From Myxococcales bacterium (GTDB lineage: Bacteria; Myxococcota_A; Polyangia; Polyangiales; JAFGIB01): 64,000 nt of DNA. This document shows, piece after piece, positions 1 through 11,648 of the stretch. Made by a program: the position numbers and the translations under genes. The stretch spans positions 20,277 to 84,276 of the forward strand of contig JASFKR010000001.1 in NCBI GenBank assembly GCA_050118535.1, given 5' to 3'. The notes beneath the pieces are model-generated. The model was not told the DNA's origin and ran no database searches. It saw only the letters and a list, made by a program, of their open reading frames with translations. Every line of letters begins with the position of its first letter. Within the stretch, counting starts at the first letter, position 1.

Positions 1-975
1 AACGACGTCTACCTGACCACGCTCGGCCAGCACTGGGACCGGCTCCGGGGTCTCTATCATCCGGCGTTCGAAACGGACGCATCCATCCTGCGCAGCTGCG
101 TGGAAAAGAACCGAATGTATCGCGTGGCGCAGGACGCCGACGTGCCCTACCCCCGCAGCGTGACCGATCCGCCGGATGCGGCCGCGGTCTCGCATCTGCG
201 TTACCCGCTGATCGTCAAGCCATCAAACCGGAACACCCCCGAGAACATCCGAGCCGGGATCTTCCGCATTCGCCAGTGCGCCACCCCGGACGAGGTGACC
301 GACGCGATCACGTTTCTACACGCGGCCGGCACCGAATTCGTCGTGCAGGAGTACATCCCCGGAGACGACTCCGAGCTGTTCACGGCGGGCATCGTGGGGC
401 ATCGGGGCAACTTGCTCGCTTCGTTCACGGGCCGAAAGCTCAGGCAATTCCCCATCCACGTGGGAGAGTGCGCGTTCGGAGAGGCGGTTCGGGAGCCGCG
501 TATTACCGAGTACGCACGGCGCCTGGTGGAGGCCACGGGCTTCACGGGAATCGCCCAGGTCGAGTTCAAGCGCCACGCCGGCGAATTCTACCTGATGGAA
601 ATGAACCCGCGATCGTGGAGCTGGATCGGGCTCGCGGTCGACTGCGGCGTCAACCTGCCCTGGATCGCCTGCTGCAGCGTTGCGGGCATTGACTTGCCCC
701 CCAAGGACGTGCAGCAGACCGACTTCTCCGCCACCTGGCAGTACATGGAGGTCGATTTCCTTCACAGCGTGCTGACCAACCATTCCGTCAGCCTGCCGAA
801 GTTCGTGCGCGACACCTTCCATGCACGGTCGCGGGCCCATTTCCGAATGGATGATCCGGTGCCCGGACTGGTGTCGTTGGCGAGCTTCACCGTCGACCAG
901 ACGCCTGGGCTGCGAAAGACCGTGGAGAGTGTCGTCCGCCGCGCGAAAGCACTACGCGGCGACACGGGCGGTTAG
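1..975 (+). CDS. ATP-grasp family enzyme (carboxylate-amine ligase-like), 5' end outside window
   Basis: Frame 1 has no stop from base 1 up to the listed 100..975 ORF. Motifs LIVKPS, EYIPGDD and AQVEFKR..FYLMEMNPR are typical of the ATP-grasp fold. Third-codon positions are G/C-rich. Confidence 0.7.
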   Translation, partial: NDVYLTTLGQHWDRLRGLYHPAFETDASILRSCVEKNRMYRVAQDADVPYPRSVTDPPDAAAVSHLRYPLIVKPSNRNTPENIRAGIFRIRQCATPDEVTDAITFLHAAGTEFVVQEYIPGDDSELFTAGIVGHRGNLLASFTGRKLRQFPIHVGECAFGEAVREPRITEYARRLVEATGFTGIAQVEFKRHAGEFYLMEMNPRSWSWIGLAVDCGVNLPWIACCSVAGIDLPPKDVQQTDFSATWQYMEVDFLHSVLTNHSVSLPKFVRDTFHARSRAHFRMDDPVPGLVSLASFTVDQTPGLRKTVESVVRRAKALRGDTGG

Positions 976-2579
976 CGGCGGCGGCGCTCTCCCAGCACGC
1001 GGAACACGTGCAGCGGCTGGGCCTTGTTCTTCACCTGGACGGGCGGCAACTCCTCGGTGCGGAAGTAGTCCTTCACCTGCTCGTGGGTGCTGGCGCTGAC
1101 CAGCACCTCGCCCGCCTTGGCGGCCGAGCACAGCCGCGAGGCCGTGTTCACCACGTCGCCGATGACCGTGTACTCCAGTGCCCGGCTGCTGCCGAGGTAG
1201 CCCGCAACCACTTCTCCGGTGTTGATTCCGATACCCACGTGGATCGGCTCCTCACCCTCGGCGACGCGCACGAGGTTCCACTCCTCGAGCGCGTGCATCT
1301 GCTCCACCGCGACCTTCACGGCCCGATAGGCGTCGTCCGGGTGACTCACCGGTGACCCGAAGAGCGCCATGATCTCGTCGCCCACGAACTTGTCGAGGGT
1401 GCCCTCGTGCTTGAAGACCATCTCGACCATCAGCTCGAAATATTCGTTGAGCATGTCGACGATCTGCTGCGCGGAGCGGCGCTCGCTCATGGCCGTGAAG
1501 CCGCGAATGTCGCTGAAGAAGACCGTGGTCTGACGGCTCTGACCGCCCTTCTCCACCTCCACCTCGCCGCTGACGACGAGGTCGGCGATGGCGGGCGACA
1601 GGAGTCGTTCGAAGCGCTGCCGCGTGAGCGCCTCGCGCTCGATCTTCTGGGCGTAGAGGCTGTTCTGAATGGCGACCGCCGCCTGATCGGCCAGGGCCTG
1701 GGTGAGCTGCAAATCCTTGTCGGTGAAGGCGTTGGCCGCCACCTGGGAGTCGAGCACCATGACCCCCAGGAGCTCGTCGGAGTAGATCAGCGGCACCGCC
1801 ATGCTCGAGCGAATGCCCTGCATGATGATCGACTGAGCGCCCTTGAAGCGCTGGTCCATCAGCGCATCGCTGGAAAGCACCGCCGTGCGGTTCTGGACCA
1901 CCTCGTTGATGATGGTGGTCGACAGCGCGACCTCTTCGCTGTTGTCGCCGCGCTTGGTCCGTACGCAGGCCGGCTTGAGCTCACCGCCGTCATCGAGCAG
2001 CAACACGACGCCGCGGTCGGATGCCAGCAGCTCGAAGGCGGTCTCGAGGATCTTCGCCAGCAGCCGGTCGACGTCGAGCTCGCCCGCGATGGCCCGCGTC
2101 AGCTCGAAGCTCACACGTAGCTTCTCGTAGTCGCGCCGCAGGACCGACTGGTCGTCGATCAGGCGCTCGGGCATGAAGTTCTGCGAGTGCTGCTGCGCGA
2201 GCTTGGCGCGCACGTGGCTCTCGACCATGCCCGGCGTCATGGTGACCCGGCCGACCTTGGCCGCCCCCTGCCCCGCCGGCGCCGGCTTTCCAGCCCCCCC
2301 GTCGAACAGAATCTTCGTCGACCCCAGCGTGATCTCGTCGCCCGCGACCAGAACCTGCTCGCCGGAGACCCGCTCGCCGTTGACGTAGGTGCCATTGAGC
2401 GAGCCCAGGTCCTTGAGCACGTAGCCCTGGTCGCCCGAGTCGATGTGGCAGTGGTTCTTGGAAACGATGCGGTCCAGGATCTGGACGGTATTGTCCGGGT
2501 GCCGCCCCAGCGTGTTGTGCGGCTCGAGCTCGACCGTCCGCTCGTTCCCCTCGGGCGCGATGATCCGCAGAAACGCCAT
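972..2579 (-). CDS. FHA - GAF - class III adenylate/guanylate cyclase
   Basis: N-terminal FHA pattern (LGRHPDNTVQI..SKNHC..LGSLNGTYVNG). Central GAF-like segment (LLAKILETAFELLASDRGVVLLLD). C-terminal cyclase motifs (VFFSDIRGFT, GDEIMALFG, IGINTGEVVAG, YTVIGDVVNTASRL). Confidence 0.9.
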   Translation of the reverse strand: MAFLRIIAPEGNERTVELEPHNTLGRHPDNTVQILDRIVSKNHCHIDSGDQGYVLKDLGSLNGTYVNGERVSGEQVLVAGDEITLGSTKILFDGGAGKPAPAGQGAAKVGRVTMTPGMVESHVRAKLAQQHSQNFMPERLIDDQSVLRRDYEKLRVSFELTRAIAGELDVDRLLAKILETAFELLASDRGVVLLLDDGGELKPACVRTKRGDNSEEVALSTTIINEVVQNRTAVLSSDALMDQRFKGAQSIIMQGIRSSMAVPLIYSDELLGVMVLDSQVAANAFTDKDLQLTQALADQAAVAIQNSLYAQKIEREALTRQRFERLLSPAIADLVVSGEVEVEKGGQSRQTTVFFSDIRGFTAMSERRSAQQIVDMLNEYFELMVEMVFKHEGTLDKFVGDEIMALFGSPVSHPDDAYRAVKVAVEQMHALEEWNLVRVAEGEEPIHVGIGINTGEVVAGYLGSSRALEYTVIGDVVNTASRLCSAAKAGEVLVSASTHEQVKDYFRTEELPPVQVKNKAQPLHVFRVLGERRRR

Positions 2580-2628
2580 CTGCTGGAATTGTACGGTAAG
2601 CGCGCGGCCGACAGCTAGTGCAAGTCGC

Positions 2629-3222
2629 TCAGTGCAGCAGCTTCTTGGAGCCGGGCCTGGGCTGGGGAACGACCCCGCGCCGCCGCAGCCTGCGAGCGAG
2701 CTCCGGTGACGCCGTGTCCAGCCAGCGATCGTAGAGCGCGATCAGCTCGCCATCGGTCGCCATCGCCGTGCGTTCGCGCACCTCGTCGATGACCCGGGAC
2801 AGGTCGGGAAAGCGCTCCGCCAGCTCGTCATACACCTGACCACGCCCACGCTGTCCGCCGGCGCGGGCCGCCTGCCCGACCACCAGGTATGCGCGGCCAC
2901 CCATGGCGCGGACGTAGGCCCGCGTCAGCCCTCGACGCTCGAAGCTGTCGGGGAAGAAGCCGTTGAGCAACAGGGCCACGTCGCCCAGGTCCTTCATCCG
3001 CAGCAGTCGCTCGGGCCCCTGCGCGTGGAGTGCCTGCTCGAACAGGACCACCAGCGGCGCGGACAGGGCTGGTATCCGTTCGGATACGGCGAAACCGCTC
3101 AACAATTCGACGAGATAGGTGTGGGTGTCGGCCTGGGTCTCGACCCGGAGCTCGCGCATGGCTTCCTCGAGGTGCTCTTCAAAGAAGCTTCGAATGTCGT
3201 CGCACGGCTCGATCGTGCCCAT
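2629..3222 (-). CDS. hypothetical protein (about 197 aa), family not recognised
   Basis: Start chosen at ATG 3220-3222 (MGTIEPCDD), preceded by GGGAGG 5 nt upstream. GC3 is high. The longer 3306 start would run through the promoter-like region. Confidence 0.6.
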   Translation of the reverse strand: MGTIEPCDDIRSFFEEHLEEAMRELRVETQADTHTYLVELLSGFAVSERIPALSAPLVVLFEQALHAQGPERLLRMKDLGDVALLLNGFFPDSFERRGLTRAYVRAMGGRAYLVVGQAARAGGQRGRGQVYDELAERFPDLSRVIDEVRERTAMATDGELIALYDRWLDTASPELARRLRRRGVVPQPRPGSKKLLH

Positions 3223-3277
3223 CGGACCTCCCGGGATACCGGGACGGCGGCTGCCCACCACCATCCAAGTACTGGAC

Positions 3278-3306
3278 ATTATCCCACTACTTTGTGGGAC
3301 AGGCAA
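3278..3306 (-). promoter_or_regulatory. sigma70-like promoter with inverted repeat in the spacer (candidate operator) for the 2629..3222 gene
   Basis: Read on the minus strand: -35 TTGCCT (3301-3306), a 17 nt spacer, and an extended -10 TGgGATAAT (3278-3286). The inverted repeat TCCCAC-N6-GTGGGA (3282-3299) fills the spacer. Confidence 0.35.
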
Positions 3307-3332
3307 CGTCGCAGGTGGCCCCCGGGCGGCCC

Positions 3333-3360
3333 TTGACAGGCCCCGGAGGCTGGTTAGGTT
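3333..3360 (+). promoter_or_regulatory. candidate sigma70-like promoter of groES-groEL
   Basis: Perfect TTGACA at 3333-3338, a 16 nt spacer, then TAGGTT at 3355-3360, about 58 nt upstream of the groES ATG. No CIRCE-like inverted repeat is visible. Confidence 0.35.
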
Positions 3361-3417
3361 GCCGCGCGCCGTGAGGCCGGGTGGGCCGGACCGCCCGAAA
3401 GCGGAGGAAGAAATTCA

Positions 3418-5353
<1,936 letters not shown>

Positions 5354-5377
5354 GCGGACGACCGCTCACACGCAGGA

Positions 5378-5412
5378 CGCCGGGCTCCCCGCGGGGCCCG
5401 GCGTTTTTCTTT
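5378..5412 (+). terminator. rho-independent terminator after groEL
   Basis: Stem CGCCGGGC (5378-5385) pairs with GCCCGGCG (5396-5403), with inner CCCC/GGGG pairs. It is followed by TTTTTCTTT. Confidence 0.75.
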
Positions 5413-5436
5413 CCGTCTTCGCCTTCGACGGCGGGC

Positions 5437-6939
5437 TCAATCCAGCAACGCGAAGAGCGCGTCGAGTCGGTCCCGTGCGACGGGGCCGTCGTCCGCGCCG
5501 GAGCGCAGGGCTCGCACGGCGCCCTCGAGCGCCGCCAGGTGGCTGCGCGCGTGCTCGAGTGCCTCGGACAGCTCGCTGTGCTCGGCACGCATCCGGTCGA
5601 ATGCCTGATCGCGCTGCTCGGCGGCCGCCGCGCTCGTGCCCCGGGCCTCGCTGAGCTGCTGCTCGAGCCGCCGGATCCGGTCGTCGCGGGCGGCCACCTG
5701 CTCTTCGAGGGCCTCGATGGCGTCGATGTGCACGGGCACGCCGGGCTCCGTCGGATCCGACGCATCCTCCGTCGGCCCTCCGCTCCGCACCTGTGCCCGC
5801 ACGCTGTCGGCGATGGCTGCGAGCGTGGCGCGCGCCTCATGCAACGCCGCGCGTAGCTCCTGCACCTGCCGCCGCTGCTCGGCGGTGCCACGCTGGGCAG
5901 CGTCACGCTGAGCCTCCAGGGTCTCCTCCCGCCGACCGCGCGCGTCATCGGCCTCGCTCGCGGCCGCCCGCAGGCGCTCCCGCTCACCCCGGGTCTGGCT
6001 GAGCTCGGTCCGCAGCATCAGGACCTGCGCCTGCGCGCGCCCCCGCTCGTCCTCGAGCGCCCGACGCTTTTCCTGCTCGCGCGCGAGCAGCCGCTCGAGC
6101 TCACCGATGCGGTCGTGCAGCGAGCCGCGTTCGGAGGCCGCCGCGCCAAGCTCCGCCCTGGCGGCACCGAGCTCGTCGCCGCTACGCCGCGCCTGCCGCC
6201 TCGCCGCGTCCACGGCGGCGACCGCCGCGGCGTGAGCTCGCTCCGCTTCTTCGAGCCGGGCGCGTAGACCCGCCACCTCGCCGGCCAGCGCCTCGCCACG
6301 CGCGCGGCCCGAGTCCCACTCGGCCTGCTTGGCCGAGGCCCGCGCAATCTGCAGCTCGAGCTGCTCGCGCGCCTCGGCGACCTCCCGCCGACGGCCGAGG
6401 TTCTCTTCCCGCGCAGCCGAGAGGTCGTGCTCTGCCAGCAGCAGGCGCGCCTCGAGCATCTCGCGGGCTTCCTGCGCCTCGGCCAGCGCCGAGCGCAGCC
6501 CCCGGGCCGTTCCGCTCAGCCGCGCATGCTCGAAACTGTCGCCCTCGCGGCCGTCCCCCCGCGGCGCCTCGCGGGCCTCGGCCAGAAAGCCCATGGCCTC
6601 GTCCAGGTGCAGCGACACCTCGGCGCAGCGCGCCTCCGCTTCCAGCGCCCGGGACACGGCCGCGTCGCGCTCGGCGCGCAACGCTTGCTGCCCGTCGGCG
6701 GGGCCCTCCGGCCCGCTTGCGCCATCCGCCCCGGCGCCCCCGAGCTGGGCGAAGTGCGCCAGCGCGTCCCGCAGCACGCCGCGCAGATGCGTCAGCTCCG
6801 CCCGGGCCGCGCGCAGCTCGCGCGCCCGCTCCAGGAGTTGCAGCTCCAGCCGGTCCACATCCGCCAAGGGCGACTCGGCCGTCGTGGACGACGTCTGGGA
6901 TGACTGCTGGGGCGTTCCCTGGGTGCTCGGACCGGCCAT
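5437..6939 (-). CDS. Ala/Arg/Glu-rich coiled-coil protein, function unknown
   Basis: A 500 aa ORF with heptad-like, coiled-coil composition throughout (LERARELRAARAELTHL and similar). GC3 is high. Competing plus-strand ORFs look like GC shadows. Confidence 0.65.
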   Translation of the reverse strand: MAGPSTQGTPQQSSQTSSTTAESPLADVDRLELQLLERARELRAARAELTHLRGVLRDALAHFAQLGGAGADGASGPEGPADGQQALRAERDAAVSRALEAEARCAEVSLHLDEAMGFLAEAREAPRGDGREGDSFEHARLSGTARGLRSALAEAQEAREMLEARLLLAEHDLSAAREENLGRRREVAEAREQLELQIARASAKQAEWDSGRARGEALAGEVAGLRARLEEAERAHAAAVAAVDAARRQARRSGDELGAARAELGAAASERGSLHDRIGELERLLAREQEKRRALEDERGRAQAQVLMLRTELSQTRGERERLRAAASEADDARGRREETLEAQRDAAQRGTAEQRRQVQELRAALHEARATLAAIADSVRAQVRSGGPTEDASDPTEPGVPVHIDAIEALEEQVAARDDRIRRLEQQLSEARGTSAAAAEQRDQAFDRMRAEHSELSEALEHARSHLAALEGAVRALRSGADDGPVARDRLDALFALLD

Positions 6940-7008
6940 CTATCGGGCTCCGGGAGCGGCCGATTCTCCACTACTTTCGCCAGGCGCGCCAGCCCGCCGC
7001 GGGCCTGG

Positions 7009-10000
7009 TTGTGCGCGCTCCGACACGGCTCACGTGCTAGCTTCTCACCCGTGCCCCCCCCGACGCAGTCCACGGCGACGCGCATCGTCGCCGGATACGT
7101 GCGCAGCCTCCGCCGCCGGGCCTCGACGCTGTACGCGCTGCGGTCCCTGGCTGCGGCCGGCGGGGCCGGAGCGCTCGGCTTCGCGGCCCTCGCCGGGCTG
7201 TCGGGCCCCATCATCACGCCCGCCTATGCGGGCGGCAGCCTCGGGTCGCTCGCCGTGCTGGCCATCGGTGTGGGCGTGTGGATGCTGCGTCCCCTGTTGG
7301 GGCTGCGCGACCTGGGTAGCTGTCGCCTGATCGAGCGCATCGACGCCCCGCTGGCCTCGCGCGTGCGCAGCGCCCTGGAGATGTCGCATGGCGCGCCCGA
7401 GGGCGCCTCACAGGCGTTGATGACCGCGCACGCCAGCAGCGTCCGCGAGGCCCTCGCCAACGTGCCGCCGGCGCGGGTCCTGCCCCTGTCCACCCTGCGC
7501 CACCCGGCGGCGGTGGCCGGTACCCTGGCCCTCGCCGCGAGTGCCCTCGCCTTGCTCGGCGACGGCGGCCTGCGCGCCGGCGCCTACGCCCTGACCCACC
7601 CCGCCCGTATCCGTGATGATGGCGTCCGCGTCGCGCCGGTGCTGTCGGCGACGCGCGCCCGTCTCATCTACCCGAGCTACCTGGCACTGCCCCCCACCGA
7701 AGTCGAGGACGTGCGCAAGCTGGAGGTGCCGCGCGGGACCACCATCGAGATCAGCGTGACGCCCCGGCTGCCCAGCCGCGACGGTGTGCTGCAGGTCGGC
7801 GAAGCCTCCGTGCGCCTGAGAGCCGTGCCCGACGGCGAGCTCTTCGCTCGCTTCGTCGCCCGCGAGGACGCGGAGCTGCGTGTACGCATTCACAGCGACG
7901 ACGTCTGGTACCAGGACAGCCGGACGCGCAGCCTGCGCGCCGTCGCCGACCAGGCGCCGCAGGTGCGGCTGCTCGACCCTGCGGACGGCGCCATCGTCGA
8001 AGCCACCGCCCGCGTGCCGGTGCGGCTCGCGGCGACCGACGACCACGGCCTGTCGTCCATCGAGCTGGCCGTGCGCCTGCCCGATGGGCAGGAGCAGCGG
8101 CGCCGTGTGTGGTCCTCGGTCACCGGCGACGGTCCCCGGCGGGCCCTGGAGGACGGGACGCAAATCGTCCCCGCGGAGCTAGGTGCGCGCGAGGGCGACG
8201 TGTTGCTGTTGTGGATCGAGGCGCGCGACGCCGACGCGGTGGCCGGCCCCAACCTGGGCCTGTCGCGCGCCGTGACTTTGGAGGTGGCCTCCGACGCCCA
8301 GAAGCTCTCCATGCACATCCCGCGCCTGCGGGCCGCCCTCGATGGCGCCCTCGACGTGCTGGCCGACCGCCTCGAGTTCCCGCTGCCCCAGGCCGCCGGC
8401 CAGGCCCGGTTGCGCATGCAGGAATTGCACGATGTCGCCGGGCGCTGGCTCGACGATCTGGAGACGCTGGTGAAGGACGCGACTGTCGACGCGGAGCGTC
8501 TGCCCATCGACGTCGACCAGCTGCGCGGCATCGTCAAGCGCACCCGCCGCGAACTGCGGCGAGAGCGAGCCGTCTACCGCAGCGACGACGGCCCCGGCGA
8601 GCGACGGGTGGCGGTCGACGCACGCGTCGTCGAGGAGCACGAAAAGGACGTGCTGCTGCTCGCCGACACCCTCGCACAGACACTGGTGGACGAGGCCCGC
8701 GCACTGACCGACGAGCTGGCCCAGCTCAAGGAGGAGATCCGCGACCTGCTCGAACGCTTCAAGAACGAGGACAGCCCCGAGGCCAAGCGCGCGCTGCTCG
8801 CCGAGATCGCGAAGGCCCAGCGGCGCCTGCGTCAGCTCGCCGAGAGCCTCTCGCAGCTCTCCAAGCGGGTGCCCAGCGAGTTCATCAACCGCGAGGCCAT
8901 CCCCGAGGGGAACGCACGCAGCAGCGCCGAGGACCTCAAGAGCGCCATCGAGTCGGGGGACATGGACGCCGCGGAACGCGCGCTGCAGGCCCTGTCGGAG
9001 CAGATCGACGAGCTTGCCCAGCACATCGACAGCGGTGGCGCGCGTTTTCGCGAGGCGCGCTTCGGCGAGCGCGACCGCGCCATCGCGTCTGCCCGACGCC
9101 AGCTGGACATGCTGGCCGAGGAACAGGAGCGGCTCGTGGAACGCACGCGCGACGTGGTGCGGCGCGCGACCGATCGCGCCCAAGCCCAGGCGCGTCCCGA
9201 GGGCGCCATGCGCGGCATGCAACAGCTCGCGGAGCGAATCGAGCAGACCCTCGACGAGCTCGGCCGCGACACCGCGGGCAGCTACGAATCGCGAATGCTG
9301 GAGCGGGCGGGCGACCGCATGCGCGACGCCCGCGACGCGCTCAAGACCGGCGACATGGCCGAGGCCAGTCGCATGGCCTCGCGCGCCCAGGGCAGCCTGG
9401 ACCAGGCCGCCGCGAGCCTGGAGGCCTCCGCCCGCATGGGTCGTCGACGCGACGGACAGGCGCGGCAGCACGCCGAGGACGCGAGTCGCGCGGCCGACGA
9501 TTTGCGCAACCTGCAGCAGCAACTCGCCGAGATCACCCCCGGGCTGGGCGAACACGTCACCGAAGGCGAGCGGCGACAGCTCGCCGGTGACGCCCAGCCG
9601 CAGCGCGCGGCGCGCGACGCCGCGGAGTCGCTGGAGCGCAAGCTCGGAGAAGGCAGCGGCAAAGCGGACCCCCCCCTGTCCCCGGAGGGCGCCGAGTCGA
9701 TGCGCGAGGTGGAGCAGGCCATGCGTCGGGCGGAGCGCGCGTTGCAGGAAGGCGATCCGCAGCAGGCGGCGCTCGAGCAGCAGGACGCGGCGGAGCGCCT
9801 GCGCCGGGAGGAGGAACGGCTCGCCCGCAAACAGGAGCGCCGGGGCGGCGGCGGACAGGGCCAGGATCCGTCGCGCCCCGCCCGTGAAGGCGAAGGCGGC
9901 GACGGCCCCATGAACGGCGAGGTCGAGATCCCGGGCGCCGAGGAGTTCAGCGGCCCGGTGGCGCGCCGCCGGCGCTTGCTCGACGCCATGCGCGAGCCCG

Positions 10001-10056
10001 CTCCCTCGGGCTTCGAGGCGGCGGTGCAGCGCTACTACGAGGAGCTGTTGCGATGA
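7009..10056 (+). CDS. large membrane-anchored coiled-coil protein, first gene of the MoxR/Bat-like operon (family not recognised; start uncertain, TTG 7009 or GTG 7051)
   Basis: N-terminal hydrophobic segments (GALGFAALAGL, LAVLAIGVGVWML). The C-terminal half is long, charged and coiled-coil. Its stop overlaps the next start (ATGA at 10053-10056). Confidence 0.65.
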   Translation: MCALRHGSRASFSPVPPPTQSTATRIVAGYVRSLRRRASTLYALRSLAAAGGAGALGFAALAGLSGPIITPAYAGGSLGSLAVLAIGVGVWMLRPLLGLRDLGSCRLIERIDAPLASRVRSALEMSHGAPEGASQALMTAHASSVREALANVPPARVLPLSTLRHPAAVAGTLALAASALALLGDGGLRAGAYALTHPARIRDDGVRVAPVLSATRARLIYPSYLALPPTEVEDVRKLEVPRGTTIEISVTPRLPSRDGVLQVGEASVRLRAVPDGELFARFVAREDAELRVRIHSDDVWYQDSRTRSLRAVADQAPQVRLLDPADGAIVEATARVPVRLAATDDHGLSSIELAVRLPDGQEQRRRVWSSVTGDGPRRALEDGTQIVPAELGAREGDVLLLWIEARDADAVAGPNLGLSRAVTLEVASDAQKLSMHIPRLRAALDGALDVLADRLEFPLPQAAGQARLRMQELHDVAGRWLDDLETLVKDATVDAERLPIDVDQLRGIVKRTRRELRRERAVYRSDDGPGERRVAVDARVVEEHEKDVLLLADTLAQTLVDEARALTDELAQLKEEIRDLLERFKNEDSPEAKRALLAEIAKAQRRLRQLAESLSQLSKRVPSEFINREAIPEGNARSSAEDLKSAIESGDMDAAERALQALSEQIDELAQHIDSGGARFREARFGERDRAIASARRQLDMLAEEQERLVERTRDVVRRATDRAQAQARPEGAMRGMQQLAERIEQTLDELGRDTAGSYESRMLERAGDRMRDARDALKTGDMAEASRMASRAQGSLDQAAASLEASARMGRRRDGQARQHAEDASRAADDLRNLQQQLAEITPGLGEHVTEGERRQLAGDAQPQRAARDAAESLERKLGEGSGKADPPLSPEGAESMREVEQAMRRAERALQEGDPQQAALEQQDAAERLRREEERLARKQERRGGGGQGQDPSRPAREGEGGDGPMNGEVEIPGAEEFSGPVARRRRLLDAMREPAPSGFEAAVQRYYEELLR

Positions 10057-11648
10057 GTCGGAAACGACGACGACCGCTCACGCTGCTCGCGACGCTCGCA
10101 CTGTGCGCGCCCACTGCGCACCTGCGCGCCGCGCCGGAACCGCCGTCCGCCGCGATTCGCCCGGCTGCAAACCGGCTGGACGAGCTGGCAGAGGCCATCA
10201 CCTCGCTTCGCCTCGATCGCGCCGAGCGGCTGCTGGCGGAGCTGCCCACGGGCGATGCCGACAGGCCCACCGCTCTGTACCAGCAGGCGCGCCTCCTGTT
10301 TCACCGGGGGCTTTACGCGGACGCCGTGGCGGTGGGAGAGCGCGCCGTGCAGGGCGCCAGCGGCCGGCAGCGGGAGCGCTATGCCGAGCTGCTCGAGCTG
10401 ATGCGCGCCAGCCAGCAGGTGACCGCCGACTACACGCGACTCGCGTCGGACGACGGGCGCTACGTCGTGCTCCACCCTCCGGGCAAGGACGAGGTGCTCG
10501 CCCCCTACGCCCTGGAGGTGCTGCGCAGTGCCGACCAGGCACTGACCGACATCTTCGGCGTGAAGCTCCCTGGCCCGCTGCGGCTGGAGATCTACCCGGG
10601 ACCCGAGGTGCTCGCGCGCGTGTCCACGCTCACCGTCGAGCAGATCGAGACGACCGGCACGGTCGCCCTGAGCAAGTGGAACCGATTGATGGTGACCAGC
10701 CCCAAGGCACTGGTACGTGGCTACCCCTGGGCGGACACGGTCACCCACGAGCTGGTGCACATGATGCTCTCCTACGTCAGCGGCGAACGGGCGCCGGTGT
10801 GGCTGCAGGAGGGCACGGCCAAGCTCTTCGAGCGCGCCTGGCGAAAGCACGGAGCGGGACTGCTGCTCGACCCGGCGTCCCGGCAGATGCTGGGCGAGGC
10901 GGCCCGTGACGGCAAGCTGCTGACCTTCGAGCAGATGCACCCCTCCATCGCCATGCTTCCCTCGGAGGACGACGCGGCACTGGCCTTTGCCCAGGTGTCC
11001 ACCTTCATGGAGCAATACGTGGAGCGCCACGGCCAGCAGGCATTGCGCGACGCCTTCGCGCGCATCGAGGCAGGTACCGACGCGCGCGACGCCCTGGCCG
11101 AGGCCGCGGGCGAGCCGTTCGCCCGAATGGAGCGCGAGTGGAAGACCACCCTGCCGAAGATCGAGGGCGGTGACCTGCATCGGCTCAAGCGGCGCTTCAA
11201 GGTGGGCGACGGCCCCGCGGACGAGACCGAGGAGGTCGAGGAGAGCGAGGCGCGGAGATTCATGCGCCTGGGCGACCTGCTCTGGGACCGGGGTCGGATC
11301 GGGGCCGCGGCGCGCGAGTACGAGAAGGCGAGCTCGGCCGATCCGCTCGATCCGATCGTCGCGGCCCGCTGGGGCCGCGCGGCGCTGCAGGCCGGGGATC
11401 CGGCCGGCGCCGTCCGGGCCCTCGCACCACAGCGCGAGCGCTACCCCGGCCACGCCCCCACCCACGCCGTGCTCGGGGCGGCCTACGTGGAGCTGGGCAG
11501 GCTGGCCGACGCCCGCGGCCCCCTGCGCGAGGCCATCTGGATCAACCCCTTCGACCCGGCGCCGCACTGCGGCCTGGCCCGCGCCACCGACGACGCCTCC
11601 GAGCGCCAGCGAGAGGCCCGGGCGTGCCAGCGGCTGAGCGGGCGGTGA
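10053..11648 (+). CDS. secreted peptidase-MA-like HExxH protein with C-terminal TPR repeats
   Basis: Signal peptide MSRKRRRPLTLLATLALCAP. Motif HELVHMM...WLQEGTAKLFE (HExxH plus a downstream E-G-x-A). The C-terminus is TPR-like (AAREYEKASSADPLDP...). Confidence 0.7.
   Translation: MSRKRRRPLTLLATLALCAPTAHLRAAPEPPSAAIRPAANRLDELAEAITSLRLDRAERLLAELPTGDADRPTALYQQARLLFHRGLYADAVAVGERAVQGASGRQRERYAELLELMRASQQVTADYTRLASDDGRYVVLHPPGKDEVLAPYALEVLRSADQALTDIFGVKLPGPLRLEIYPGPEVLARVSTLTVEQIETTGTVALSKWNRLMVTSPKALVRGYPWADTVTHELVHMMLSYVSGERAPVWLQEGTAKLFERAWRKHGAGLLLDPASRQMLGEAARDGKLLTFEQMHPSIAMLPSEDDAALAFAQVSTFMEQYVERHGQQALRDAFARIEAGTDARDALAEAAGEPFARMEREWKTTLPKIEGGDLHRLKRRFKVGDGPADETEEVEESEARRFMRLGDLLWDRGRIGAAAREYEKASSADPLDPIVAARWGRAALQAGDPAGAVRALAPQRERYPGHAPTHAVLGAAYVELGRLADARGPLREAIWINPFDPAPHCGLARATDDASERQREARACQRLSGR

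Noticed and set aside
972-975. Overlapping stop codons (TTAG) of the convergent ATP-grasp and cyclase genes
   Set aside because: The overlap is real, but it is a common consequence of tight packing. No functional implication can be supported.
3307-3417. CIRCE / sigma32 heat-shock control upstream of groES
   Set aside because: No inverted repeat resembles TTAGCACTC-N9-GAGTGCTAA. CCCTTGAC resembles a sigma32 -35 element, but no CCCCAT-like -10 lies at the proper distance.
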